64,000 bases of DNA from Thermoplasmata archaeon. Lineage in GTDB: Archaea > Thermoplasmatota > Thermoplasmata > Lutacidiplasmatales > UBA184. Below the pieces are notes generated by a model. The model was not told where the DNA came from and searched no databases. It saw only the letters and a program-made list of their open reading frames with translations. Shown in pieces: positions 10,156 to 19,805 of the stretch. Positions within the stretch are counted from its first letter, which is position 1, and the number at the start of each line of letters is the position of its first letter. The stretch spans positions 1,990 through 65,989 of the forward strand of contig DAHVCH010000011.1 of the NCBI GenBank assembly GCA_027314165.1. The letters run 5' to 3'. The position numbers and the translations under genes were made by a program.

Positions 10156-10259
10156 CGCCGCCGCGCGGAGTTTCGGGTGAGCGCGTGGAGGGCGCGCACC
10201 GTTCGAACCGCGGACCTTTCGGTTAACAGCCGATCGCTCTGCCACTGAGCTACGGCGGC
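10156..10259 (-). tRNA. tRNA-Asn(GTT) with a 32-nt intron (10170-10201) in the T-loop at position 59/60
   Basis: The cloverleaf is restored after intron removal (CGCGG TTCGAA|T CCGCG CGGCGGC G); the junctions form a perfect bulge-helix-bulge. Confidence 0.92.
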
Positions 10260-10288
10260 ACCGGTCGAGCCGACCCGAAGGAGGGTAT

Positions 10289-10705
10289 TTACCTTTCCCG
10301 CCGGGAAACCCCCGCGGCTACCACCCTCGGGGACGCCGCAGGGGGGGGCGCGTTCTTCGCCCGGAACCCCGCGGCGCGTTCCTTCAGGTGCTGGATGATG
10401 CTGTTCATCTGGTCCAGCGAGCGGTCCAGGTCCCTCCAGAACTCCTTCGCCGTCTCCGTGACGACCGCCCCTTCCGCCGAGGGTTCGATGACCCCCTGGC
10501 GTTCGAGGAGGTGGAGCGAATAGCGGACCTTGTGGATGGGCAGCTTCAGCGCCTCGGAGAGACGGATGATGCCCATGGGGTGGTTGTCCGAGAGCCTCTC
10601 AAGGATGTCGACGTTCCGTGCCAATAGCTCGAGCTCCGCCAGTATCCTGTCGACAAGAATCGTACCTTCCACTTCGTCTGGGAGCGGCTCTTCAGAGCTT
10701 GGCAT
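10289..10705 (-). CDS. Winged-helix putative transcriptional regulator
   Basis: PMGIIRLSEALKLPIHKVRYSLHLLERQGVIEPS resembles an archaeal wHTH. Confidence 0.8.
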   Translation of the reverse strand: MPSSEEPLPDEVEGTILVDRILAELELLARNVDILERLSDNHPMGIIRLSEALKLPIHKVRYSLHLLERQGVIEPSAEGAVVTETAKEFWRDLDRSLDQMNSIIQHLKERAAGFRAKNAPPPAASPRVVAAGVSRRER

Positions 10706-11103
10706 GCTACACCGTCTCCGGTGAGGCGGACGCTCCTATTTAATGGGTTGTTCTTCCGGTTTGGACCCAGATTCCCGCCGTCAGCCAGTTGGGGGCGCTC
10801 CCTCTCCCGAGACGGATCGTGAGGGGGCTCGAGGGCGGTTCAGGGCGCAAGGGCGGGCGACGCGACCACCCCCTTTCGGTTCACAGCCCGGATCCTGGCG
10901 TTCAGGGACGCGACGCGGCATCCATCTCCGGGTTCTCCGCTGAGTCGCGGGTCGCAGTACTGCCCAATTGCGGGTTACAGACCCTTGTCACCGCGAAAGG
11001 TCCTACGGCGTTGAGGAAAACCCCTGCGGGATCCTCCTCGAGAGCGCGCTCGCAAGCATGGTTTATACTGACGCCGCCCATGCGATGTTGGGGGTTTTTC
11101 AGA

Positions 11104-11700
11104 ATGAAATTTTGCCCCAGGTGTGGTGTGGCCGGCGAGGACGACCATGCGTACTGTCTGAAGTGCGGTCGTGCGTTCCCAACGGCCTCGACCGCAACAC
11201 GCGACGGGTCGTCGGGGGGCGCTCCGCTCCCGCCCCCATCGCCCGCCCCGTCGCCACCTCCTCCAGCCCCGGCGCCACAACCCTACATTCTCGTCACACC
11301 GTCGTACGGGCCCGCTCCACAGACCGTCTTCCTCCAACCCACTCATCACGAATCGCACGTAGGGGTCATCGTGGTAGTCACCATTTTGGTCCTCGTCCTG
11401 GTCTTCCTGTTCTACCCGCTGCCATTTTCATTCTCCATCATCAACCCGGGCAGCCTTTCGACCGGCCAATGCCACGCCCGGACCTTCGATTCCGGCGTAG
11501 GAGTCGCCTTCCACTGGTCCACCGGGGACGGCGCCACGGTGACCTTCAGCGTTGAGGACTCCTCTGGAAACGTGTTCTACTCCCAGAACGCGGCGAGCGG
11601 GTCCGGGTCCTTCACATCGAACGGCCACAGCTACGACTTCTGCATGTACGACTGGCTCGCCGATTCGGTGTCCGTTTCGGGAACCGCACCGATACTGTGA
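11104..11700 (+). CDS. Zinc-ribbon membrane protein with Pro-rich linker, one TM and a C-terminal beta domain
   Basis: MKFCPRCG...YCLKCG, poly-Pro, TM helix; TTTATA at about 11062. Confidence 0.75.
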   Translation: MKFCPRCGVAGEDDHAYCLKCGRAFPTASTATRDGSSGGAPLPPPSPAPSPPPPAPAPQPYILVTPSYGPAPQTVFLQPTHHESHVGVIVVVTILVLVLVFLFYPLPFSFSIINPGSLSTGQCHARTFDSGVGVAFHWSTGDGATVTFSVEDSSGNVFYSQNAASGSGSFTSNGHSYDFCMYDWLADSVSVSGTAPIL

Positions 11701-11901
11701 GAAAGGCTGCGAGGTGGCGTGGTCAGAGGGCCGCGGCCCTCCTCACGAGGCTTGACGCCCAGGAGTGGACATGATCGATCCGCGCCGAATGCGAAAGCCC
11801 TAGTCCCCACAGAATGGCGCAGGGCCGACGCACCTCGCAGGGCTCTCGACTGGACAGGATGAACCCTGACGGTCGGGCTTGGGCGGAAAGGGAGTTCGGG
11901 A

Positions 11902-11975
11902 CGGGCCCGCCGGGATTCGAACCCGGGTCTGAGGCTCCGGAGGCCCCTGTGATATCCAAGCTATACTACGGGCCC
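11902..11975 (-). tRNA. tRNA-Arg(CCG)
   Basis: GGGCCCG...GGGGC CT CCG GA GCCTC...GGTTCGAATCC CGGGCCC G. Confidence 0.93.
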
Positions 11976-11977
11976 AT

Positions 11978-12271
11978 CGATGCGTCCCAAGGTGACGTGG
12001 ACGTGGTCCCTCTGACGAAGTGGTGTCCTCACGTCCGGTCGTGAAGCAACGTCAGGGTCCTCCCGGGACTGTCTGAGGCTGGTGTCTGGTTCCTAGATCC
12101 CTCCCCCGTTGGGGCCCAGCGCACACTGCTCGAGTGTCTTGAACTCTTCTAACGCAGGGTGGGGAAGGAGCCGCCCGGGCTCCGCAGGCGGCCAGGTTCA
12201 GCCCAAGGGCCCTGGGGGAACTGGTCCAGGGGTGCGTCCACGAATAGCAGACGGCGGGTGCCCACGCATCG
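11978..12271 (+). ncRNA. Candidate structured non-coding RNA, family unknown
   Basis: Terminal 8-bp helix, a nested long-range helix and many hairpins found by eye; G-U pairs favour the + strand. Confidence 0.35.
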
Positions 12272-12320
12272 CCCTGAGAGAGCCTTTAGCGGGAACCCGC
12301 ATGCCGGGACCAGGGCGAGC

Positions 12321-13178
12321 ATGGCGACGCTGCGACCGACGCCCCTTCCGCCCCGCGTCGGTGGGGTCCCCACGCTAACGACCGAAGGCCCGTCCGGGCT
12401 CCAGAGGAACCAGGTCCACACCCTGGACTGCCTGGAGGGCATGGCCAGGCTTGCGCCCTCCTCCGTCGACGTGATCGTCACCTCTCCACCCTACAACATC
12501 GGCAAGCCCTACCTCACGTACGACGACTCGCGCCCCAGGGAGGAGTACCTCGACTGGCTCGAGAGGGTGGCCGTCGCGGCGAAGCGGGTGCTCGCCGACG
12601 AAGGGTCGTTCTTCCTCAACCTGGGGGGGAAGCCGTCGGACCAGGGGATCCCCCTCGAGGTGGTGGACCGGTTCCGGAGGCACTTTACGCTCCAGAACAC
12701 CATCGTTTGGGTCAAGTCGGTGGCCGTCCACGACACCCTCGCCGTCGGCCACTACCAGCCGACGAACAGCGCTCGGTACCTGAACGGCTGCCACGAGTTC
12801 ATCTTCCACCTCACGAAGTCCGGGGACGTTTCCCTGGACAAGCTCGCCGTGGGGGTCCCCTACCAGGACAAGAGCAACATCGGACGGTGGGAGGCGGCCA
12901 AGAAGGACCTGAGGGACCGCGGGTCGACCTGGTTCATCCCCTACGACACGATCCAGGAGTCGCGGCCTCACCCCGCGGTCTTTCCCCCGAAGCTGCCGGA
13001 GATGTGCGTGCGCCTGCACGGGGTCCGCCCGAACATGCTGGTGCTGGACCCGTTCATGGGAACGGGCTCGACCGCGCTCGCCTGCCATCGCCTGGGCGTG
13101 GACTACCTGGGCTTCGAAGTGGACCCGAAGTACGTCGAGATCGCCCGGGAGAACCTCTCCCAGCTCACCCCCCGATAA
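12321..13178 (+). CDS. Orphan DNA methyltransferase, beta class, probably m4C
   Basis: TSPPY catalytic motif precedes HPAVFP and the DPFMGTGST SAM-binding motif; no neighbouring restriction endonuclease. Confidence 0.9.
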   Translation: MATLRPTPLPPRVGGVPTLTTEGPSGLQRNQVHTLDCLEGMARLAPSSVDVIVTSPPYNIGKPYLTYDDSRPREEYLDWLERVAVAAKRVLADEGSFFLNLGGKPSDQGIPLEVVDRFRRHFTLQNTIVWVKSVAVHDTLAVGHYQPTNSARYLNGCHEFIFHLTKSGDVSLDKLAVGVPYQDKSNIGRWEAAKKDLRDRGSTWFIPYDTIQESRPHPAVFPPKLPEMCVRLHGVRPNMLVLDPFMGTGSTALACHRLGVDYLGFEVDPKYVEIARENLSQLTPR

Positions 13179-13899
13179 GGGAGCCCCCTTCGAGGGAGGG
13201 GCCCCGGCCGCCCCTGGGCGCGTGACCCGGCTCCCCCTGCGCGGGCACCCACGGGGCGGGGAGCGCGGAGCTCGCGCCCCAATGCTCCGCGAGCCGGGCC
13301 TCGATCCGGACCAGCATGACCGAGAGGCTGCCCTTGTCCACGCCGAGGTCGTGGGCGAGCTGGGTCAGCGAGATGCGACGGGGGAACGCGTAGTAGCCGC
13401 GTTGGACCGCGCGCCCGAAGACCTCGGCCTGGCGCGGGGTGAACTGGGACCCGGTGGGGTAGGCCCGTGAGGTCAGCACGGCCAGCACCCGGCTGCCCGG
13501 GAGGCGAGCCTCGAGCAAGGCGAGCGACCGGCGGGAGATGCGCTGGAGGCCGAGCACCTCCCAGTAGGCGCGACCGTCCCGCAGCGCGAACGGGTACCGA
13601 GGGACCATTCCGGTCTCCTCGAGAAGAGGCACCAGGACGAGGTGCCGGTACTCGACGCGAAGGAGCGCCCCGGACCGGCCCGCCTCCATGAGGCGCACCT
13701 CCTGGACGCTCGGGTCGTGCTGGAGGAAGGTGCGGAGCTCCTCGTTGGGCACGCCCTGCCCGGCGATGTGCGCGATGGAGCGGCCGGACCGCAGGCCCTG
13801 GAGGGCCATCACCCAGAACGTGGTGTCGGGGAAGCGCCGGCTCATCCGGGAGAGCCAGTAGTCGGCCGTAAGCTGGAGCTCGATGCGAACGATCGGCAT
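13165..13899 (-). CDS. Bat-like (HTH_10) transcriptional regulator
   Basis: FTPRQAEV...GYYAFPRRISLTQLAHDLGV. Confidence 0.85.
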   Translation of the reverse strand: MPIVRIELQLTADYWLSRMSRRFPDTTFWVMALQGLRSGRSIAHIAGQGVPNEELRTFLQHDPSVQEVRLMEAGRSGALLRVEYRHLVLVPLLEETGMVPRYPFALRDGRAYWEVLGLQRISRRSLALLEARLPGSRVLAVLTSRAYPTGSQFTPRQAEVFGRAVQRGYYAFPRRISLTQLAHDLGVDKGSLSVMLVRIEARLAEHWGASSALPAPWVPAQGEPGHAPRGGRGPSLEGGSLIGG

Positions 13900-13907
13900 C
13901 CGAAGAG

Positions 13908-15866
13908 CTACCCTCCCCCGGTCCCGAGGTCACCCGACCCGGACCGGACCCCTGCCGCGGAGGAGCGGAGCTGGGAGAGGCCCACACGGGTGACCATCCC
14001 CACGATGTGGACGAAGGGCTCGTGCCCGAGGACGGCCGCGACCTCCACGCCCCGCTGTTCCAGCATCGCTAGGGCCTCCGCGGCCGAGGCGTACTCGGGC
14101 ACGAGCACCTCGAAGGGACGGACCAGTTCCCCCACGCGCCGCTCGGCCCGCTCGTCCTCCGGCACGTGCAGCAGGTCGCTGACCTTGACGATCCCCTGCC
14201 AGACCTGCCCGAGCTTCACCGGGAAGAGGTACTGCTCCGTGTTGGCCGCGATCTGGAGGGCCTCGCGGATGCTTGCCCCGGGCGGCAGGTGGGTCATCTC
14301 CGGGCGCGTGAGCGCGAGGACCGGCACTTCCGAGAGCAGGAGCCGGCGGTACTCGTCGCGGTGCGCGGGGCTCCGCAGGCGCGTCGACACCTGCTCGGAG
14401 TACAGGTGATTGCTCCCGGTCATCAGGTAGGCGATGAAGATCGCGAGCATCGCAGGGAGGAGGAGGCTGTAGCTGCCCGCCATCTCCACGACCATCACGA
14501 GCACGGCCAGGGGAGCCTTCGAGATCCCCCCGAAGAAGGCCATCATCCCCACGATGACGAAGGCCGCGACGTCCTGAGACGGGACCAGCGACGGGGAGAG
14601 GAGGTGGAAGAGCCCTCCGATGACCGTGCCGAGCAAGGCCCCCACCACGACGCTGGTACCGAAGAGCCCCGCGCTCCCCCCGCTCCCGACGGTGAGCGAG
14701 GTGGTCAGCATCCGTAACACCACGGCCACCCCGATGGTGAGCAGGGCCAGGGGCCCGAAGACCCCGAGCGAGCCCACCTGGCCCAGCATCGCGGCCTGGA
14801 CGAACCCGTACCCGACGTTGATGGCGGCCAGCGCGGCGTAGTGGTCCTCGGCCGGCAGGGTGAAGTAGACCACGAGCACCAGAACCCCCGCGGAGACGGC
14901 CCCGAGCCCGGCGCGGAGGCTCAGAGGGAGCCCGCTCCTCGAGAACCAGGACTCCGTACGCCGGTACATCTGGACGAAGCCCACCCCCACGCCCGCGCAG
15001 ACGAGGCCGAGCAGCGCGTAGAGCGGGATCTGCGGGACGGTCCAGAGCGTCCCCCCCGGCGAGGCGAAGATGCTCTGGAACCCGAAGAGCGAACCGTAGA
15101 TCGAGTAGCTGACCACGGAGGAGATGATCGCGGGGACGAAGACGACCGGCTCGAAGTCCCCCGTGTAGAAGATCTCCGCCGCGTAGATGGCTCCCCCCAG
15201 AGGGGCCCGGAAGATCGCGCCCACCCCGGCGCCGAGACCGGAGGCCAGGGCGATCCTCCGCTCGCTCGGGGAGAGGCCGAGCGCGTCCGCCCAGAGCGAC
15301 CCGAACCCTCCTCCGACCTGGCTGACCGGTCCTTCTCTCCCGCCCGCGCCTCCCGTCCCCAGGGTGATGGAGCTGGCCAGCACTTTCAGGAGCGGCACCC
15401 GGTACCGGATGCGTCCCTCCTTCTGGTGGAACGCCCGGATCGCCTGGTCCGTTCCGTGACCGGCGATCTCGGGAGCGAACCACTGGGCGATGGCGCCCGA
15501 GACGACGCCGCCCAGACCCATCACCAGGGGCAGCAGCAGGATGCGCGGGAAGGAGCTCGACCAGGTGACCTGCAGTCCCCCGGCCAAGGGGTACTGGATC
15601 CCGACGATGATGTCCAGGAAGAAATAGGTCGAGAGCAGCCAGAGGGAGTAGAACATCACCGCGCCGACGCCGGCGACGACCCCGATCGGAACCGCGATCA
15701 GCGCCCACCGGGCCAGGTCCCTCGAGACCTTCCCCCATCCCTTGAGGTCGGAGCTCCACGCCCCTCCCCAGCGCTTGCGGAGATCGGCGAGCGGGGCCTC
15801 GACCCAGTGCGGCAGGCCATGGCCCAGGGGCTTGTCCGCCTCCCGATCGTCCTTTCCGCCGATCAT
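13908..15866 (-). CDS. ClC-family chloride channel/antiporter with CBS domains
   Basis: GHGTD, GREGP and GLFG motifs; C-terminal CBS pair. Confidence 0.92.
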   Translation of the reverse strand: MIGGKDDREADKPLGHGLPHWVEAPLADLRKRWGGAWSSDLKGWGKVSRDLARWALIAVPIGVVAGVGAVMFYSLWLLSTYFFLDIIVGIQYPLAGGLQVTWSSSFPRILLLPLVMGLGGVVSGAIAQWFAPEIAGHGTDQAIRAFHQKEGRIRYRVPLLKVLASSITLGTGGAGGREGPVSQVGGGFGSLWADALGLSPSERRIALASGLGAGVGAIFRAPLGGAIYAAEIFYTGDFEPVVFVPAIISSVVSYSIYGSLFGFQSIFASPGGTLWTVPQIPLYALLGLVCAGVGVGFVQMYRRTESWFSRSGLPLSLRAGLGAVSAGVLVLVVYFTLPAEDHYAALAAINVGYGFVQAAMLGQVGSLGVFGPLALLTIGVAVVLRMLTTSLTVGSGGSAGLFGTSVVVGALLGTVIGGLFHLLSPSLVPSQDVAAFVIVGMMAFFGGISKAPLAVLVMVVEMAGSYSLLLPAMLAIFIAYLMTGSNHLYSEQVSTRLRSPAHRDEYRRLLLSEVPVLALTRPEMTHLPPGASIREALQIAANTEQYLFPVKLGQVWQGIVKVSDLLHVPEDERAERRVGELVRPFEVLVPEYASAAEALAMLEQRGVEVAAVLGHEPFVHIVGMVTRVGLSQLRSSAAGVRSGSGDLGTGGG

Positions 15867-16361
15867 CTACGCCCCGGCCGGGTCACGCCTCGCTTCCGGC
15901 AATCGCCCGACGCGGGTGCCCGGGACGCCCCGCTCGTCGAACGGGGGCGGCGGGAGATGGTCCCGCGACGCAGACCGCAAACCGCGTAACGACCCGCTCC
16001 CGTACGGGACCGGCCCAGGGCCCCAGGCTTCAAGCGACCGCCATCCAACATGTTGGACCTTATGCCTTTGCTTCCACCCGGCTCCGGTCGTCGATGTTGT
16101 CCGCGGAAGGGAACCGGCCCGTTCCCTCCGCGCCTCTGACGCGCCCACGGCAGGTCGACCGCCCCTCCGGGGCCCGGTGTCGACGCGGCGTGCGGGGAGG
16201 CTCAGATCTCCACGGCCGACGGAGAGGACCACGCGCCCCCCACCGGAGCCCAGCGGCCCCAAGCCGGACCTCACGTCACGAGAGAGCCACCCGCGAGATG
16301 GGTCGCATCGATCGACCGCGCTCGTCCCGCCCTCGACCGACCGCAGGGGAATGACCCGAGG

Positions 16362-17174
16362 ATGACGAACCGGATGCGGTCGCCGAAGGCCCGGGACCAC
16401 GCCCACGACCAGCTCACCGCCATCACCTTCGACCTGTGGGGAACGCTGCTCCACCTCTCCCCTCGCAACGCCGCCCGGTACGAGGAGGAACGGGAGAGGA
16501 TCTGGCTCGACTCGGCGAGGGCCTGGCCGCGCGTCGAGGGCGCGGAGCCCGTGAAGGGTTCGGAGAAGGAGGCGCGGGCCCAGGTCGTCCAGGAGACCCG
16601 GAAGGAGGCCACGCTCGGCCGCACGAGGTCCGTGGAGGCCCAGGGTCACCGGTTGGCCGAGCTCCTGGGACGGGAGTACCACCCGGGCTGCGTCTCGCGA
16701 CAGCTGGACCCGCTGGTCCGACGCCTGCCGGTGCGCATCGAGCCCGCGGACCGAAGGACCCTCGCGGAGCTGGAGCGGTCCGGCCTTCGCCTGGGGGTGG
16801 TCTCGAACCTCCTCTTCGAGCCGGCCGAGAGCGTCCGTGCCCTTCTCGCCGAGCATCACCTCCTGCGCTTCTTCCATCACGTCTCGTTGAGCGAGGAGCT
16901 TCCCTGGTGCAAGCCCTCGCCCCGGATCTTCCAGGACTGCCTGGAGGAGCTCGGGGTCCCGGCGTGCCATGCCGCGCACGTGGGAGACTCGGAAGAGGAC
17001 GTGACGGGAGCCACGCGTGAAGGGTACGGAGCGGTCGGGTTCATCGGATCGACACGCCGCACGGTCCCCCGCACCGGGAGCGCCTCCGCCTCCCCCTCTC
17101 GCCGGGGCGCGCGCCCCCGCTGCGTCCACCTGGGCAGCGTGAGCGAACTGACCCGGAAGCTTCTCAAGGTGTAG
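16362..17174 (+). CDS. HAD-superfamily hydrolase
   Basis: FDLWGTL, VVSN, KPSPRIF and HVGDSEED motifs. Confidence 0.85.
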   Translation: MTNRMRSPKARDHAHDQLTAITFDLWGTLLHLSPRNAARYEEERERIWLDSARAWPRVEGAEPVKGSEKEARAQVVQETRKEATLGRTRSVEAQGHRLAELLGREYHPGCVSRQLDPLVRRLPVRIEPADRRTLAELERSGLRLGVVSNLLFEPAESVRALLAEHHLLRFFHHVSLSEELPWCKPSPRIFQDCLEELGVPACHAAHVGDSEEDVTGATREGYGAVGFIGSTRRTVPRTGSASASPSRRGARPRCVHLGSVSELTRKLLKV

Positions 17175-17344
17175 CGCGCGGTCCTGCGCCGCACCCCACC
17201 TCGCACCGGGCGCGGTTCCCCTCCCGCGACCCATCCTCCTCGGGGCGCGCCCGCTCGGCGGACCCCTCCGCGGCCCCTCCTCGCGGGTCGTGCCGGTGGA
17301 AATAGTGAGGAGCCGTAATATACGGAGCCGAACGTCCATGCGAC

Positions 17345-17854
17345 ATGTCCGTCGCGGCGCTACGGGCGAAGCCTCGTGGGAAGCCGCGCGAGGAGCCCCA
17401 GCCCGCCACCTGGGGACCCTTCGACGACTACCGGTGCGCGCACCACACGTTCCGCCGGGTCCTAGGTCGCATCCTCGGACCCTTCGAGCTCGCGGTGTCG
17501 GACTACACGGCGCTCCGCCTCGCGAGCGCGGAACCGGTCCGGCCGTCCTTCCTGAGCGCGCATCTGGGGGTCTCCCCGGCGGCGACGACGGAGGTCCTCG
17601 ACCGTCTCGAGGCCCGAGGGCTCGTGCGGAGGGAGCGCGACCCCACCGACCGGAGGGCCGTCGCGGTGAGCCTGACCGAGAACGGGGCGAAGCTCTACCG
17701 CCGCGCCTCCCAGGCCCACCGCGCCTTCCTCGACTCGCTCGCGCGTGACATGCGCCCCCACGAACTGGAGGCGCTCCGGTCCGGTTCCCTGGAGCTGCGC
17801 CGGGTGCTCGAGGAACGGTCGCGGGAGCTGGACCTGGGCGAGAAGGAGACCTGA
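17345..17854 (+). CDS. MarR-family regulator
   Basis: LDRLEARGLVRRERDPTDRRAVAVSLTENG. Confidence 0.9.
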   Translation: MSVAALRAKPRGKPREEPQPATWGPFDDYRCAHHTFRRVLGRILGPFELAVSDYTALRLASAEPVRPSFLSAHLGVSPAATTEVLDRLEARGLVRRERDPTDRRAVAVSLTENGAKLYRRASQAHRAFLDSLARDMRPHELEALRSGSLELRRVLEERSRELDLGEKET

Positions 17855-19668
17855 TGGTCGCCTACAAGTGGACCGTCCTCTCCAACACCACGCTGGGAGC
17901 GCTCCTCGCCTCCCTCGACGGGACGATCGTCCTGATCTCGCTCCCGGTGATCTTCCAGGGGCTCGGGGTCGACCCGTTCCTGCCTTCGAGCTTCCCGCTC
18001 CTCATCTGGATGCTCCTGGGCTACGGCGTCGTCACCGGCACGCTGCTCGTCTCCATGGGCCGGCTTTCCGACATGTGGGGGCGGGCCCGGATGTACAACT
18101 TTGGGTTCGCCATCTTCTCGGCGGGGTCGGTCGCGTTGTTCCTGACCCCGAGCTCGGGGGACGCGGGGGCCTGGGAGCTCATCGGCTTCCGGCTCGTGCA
18201 GGCGGTGGGCGCCTCCTTCCTCTTCGCGAACTCGGCGGCCCTCATCACCGACGCCTTCCCTCCGAGCGAGCGCGGGAAGGCCATCGGCGTCAACCAGGTG
18301 GCGTTCCTGGGAGGCTCCATCGTCGGGCTCATCACCGGCGGGGTGCTCGCCTCCATCCCCGACCTCCACTTCGGGCCCTTCGTCCTCCCGACCTGGAGGA
18401 TCATCTTCCTGGTCAGCGTCCCCGTGGGCGTCTTCGGGACGATCTGGGCCTACGCCCGGCTGCGGGAGACCTCCGTCCGCAGCCGGCACCAGAAGATCGA
18501 CCTCCTCGGGAACGTCACCTTCGCGGTGGGGCTCACCCTGCTCCTGGTCTCGACCACCTACGGCCTCCTCCCCTACGGCGGCTCGGCGATGGGGTGGGGC
18601 AACCCCTGGGTGTGGGGCGGGTTCCTCACCGGGGCGGCGCTGCTCCTGCTCTTCCTGCGCATCGAGACCCGGGTCCCGGACCCGATGTTCCGGCTCCAGT
18701 TCTTCCGGGTCCGGGCCTTCTCGGCCGGGGTCTCCTCCTCCTTCCTCGGATCGGTCGCGCGCGGGGGGATGATGCTCCTCCTGGTCCTGTGGTTCCAGGG
18801 GATCTGGCTCCCGCTGCACGGCTACTCGTTCGCGGAGACCCCGTTCTGGGCCGGCGTGATGATGGCCCCCATGATGGTGGGCTTCATCGTCGCGGGCCCG
18901 ATCAGCGGATGGATCTCCGACCGCAAGGGGGCCCGGGTCATCTCGACGGTGGGCATGGCCCTGGGCTCGGCGACCTTCTTCGCGCTCGCGTTCCTTCCGT
19001 CCGACTTCGCCTACTGGCAGATGGCCGTGATCATCTTCCTGCAGGGGTGCGGGATGGGGATGTTCGCCTCGCCGAACGCGGCTTCGGTGATGAACTCGGT
19101 CCCGGCGGAGAACCGTGGCGCGGCCTCGGGGATGCTCGCGACGCTGCAGAACATCGGGCAGCAGACCTCCATGGCGCTCTTCTTCACGATCCTGGTGCTC
19201 GGGCTCTCGACGGGGCTCTCGGTGTCGGTCTCGGGGGCGCTGGCGGGGGCCCACGTGGGACCGCCCGACCAGGGGATCCTGACCACCATCGTCTCCTCCG
19301 ACCCGACCGGAGCGCTCTTCGGCGCCTTCCTCGGCGAGAACCCGATGACCGGCATCCTGGCGCACGCCTCGACGGTCCCCGGTTGGCAGGCCCTTCCTCT
19401 CAGCACGCAATCGACGCTCACCGCGCCCCACTTCTTCGCGACGGCGATCGCCGGCGCCTTCTCCTCCGCCATGTCGGAGGCGTTCATGTTCGCCGGCCTG
19501 GTCACGGCGCTAAGCGCGGTGATCTCGGCGTTCCGGGGAGAGCGCTACGTCTGGGGCGAGACCACCACGACCGGATCGGGTGCCTCCGAGCGGAAAGCCG
19601 CAGAGCAGGGACCCCAGGTGGGAGGGCTCTTCCGCGGCGCCGGCAGCTGGATGCGACGCTTCCGCTGA
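17854..19668 (+). CDS. MFS efflux transporter (DHA2/EmrB-like)
   Basis: LDGTIV, GRLSDMWGR and ERGKAIG motifs; about 14 TMs; coupled to the MarR gene. Confidence 0.9.
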   Translation: MVAYKWTVLSNTTLGALLASLDGTIVLISLPVIFQGLGVDPFLPSSFPLLIWMLLGYGVVTGTLLVSMGRLSDMWGRARMYNFGFAIFSAGSVALFLTPSSGDAGAWELIGFRLVQAVGASFLFANSAALITDAFPPSERGKAIGVNQVAFLGGSIVGLITGGVLASIPDLHFGPFVLPTWRIIFLVSVPVGVFGTIWAYARLRETSVRSRHQKIDLLGNVTFAVGLTLLLVSTTYGLLPYGGSAMGWGNPWVWGGFLTGAALLLLFLRIETRVPDPMFRLQFFRVRAFSAGVSSSFLGSVARGGMMLLLVLWFQGIWLPLHGYSFAETPFWAGVMMAPMMVGFIVAGPISGWISDRKGARVISTVGMALGSATFFALAFLPSDFAYWQMAVIIFLQGCGMGMFASPNAASVMNSVPAENRGAASGMLATLQNIGQQTSMALFFTILVLGLSTGLSVSVSGALAGAHVGPPDQGILTTIVSSDPTGALFGAFLGENPMTGILAHASTVPGWQALPLSTQSTLTAPHFFATAIAGAFSSAMSEAFMFAGLVTALSAVISAFRGERYVWGETTTTGSGASERKAAEQGPQVGGLFRGAGSWMRRFR

Positions 19669-19805
19669 AGCGACCGCCGTCTAGGCGCGGCAACTTCTCG
19701 AGAAGCGGGCCGAAGCGCGAAGGCCTGGCCTCGACCTCCAGGGGGGAGCCCGCCGAGGTAGGGAGGAGAAGGCGCGAAGGCGCGCCCGGCAGCTCCGAGC
19801 GCGGA

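Noticed and set aside
10706..11900. Small island integrated at tRNA-Arg (slightly lower-GC zinc-ribbon gene)
   Set aside because: No duplicated tRNA 3' end or mobility gene found.
11978..12271. Assignment of the structured element as SRP RNA or RNase P RNA
   Set aside because: No helix-8 CAGG..GGAA..AGCA motif and no GAGGAA-type CR-I on either strand; kept only as an unknown candidate.
15950..16010. Possible fluoride riboswitch (GGAGATGG...AAACCGC) near the ClC and HAD genes
   Set aside because: It lacks the downstream GCTRATGAC pseudoknot element and points away from ClC. The ClC has GREGP/GHGTD rather than the fluoride-type GREGT/GNNLI motifs.
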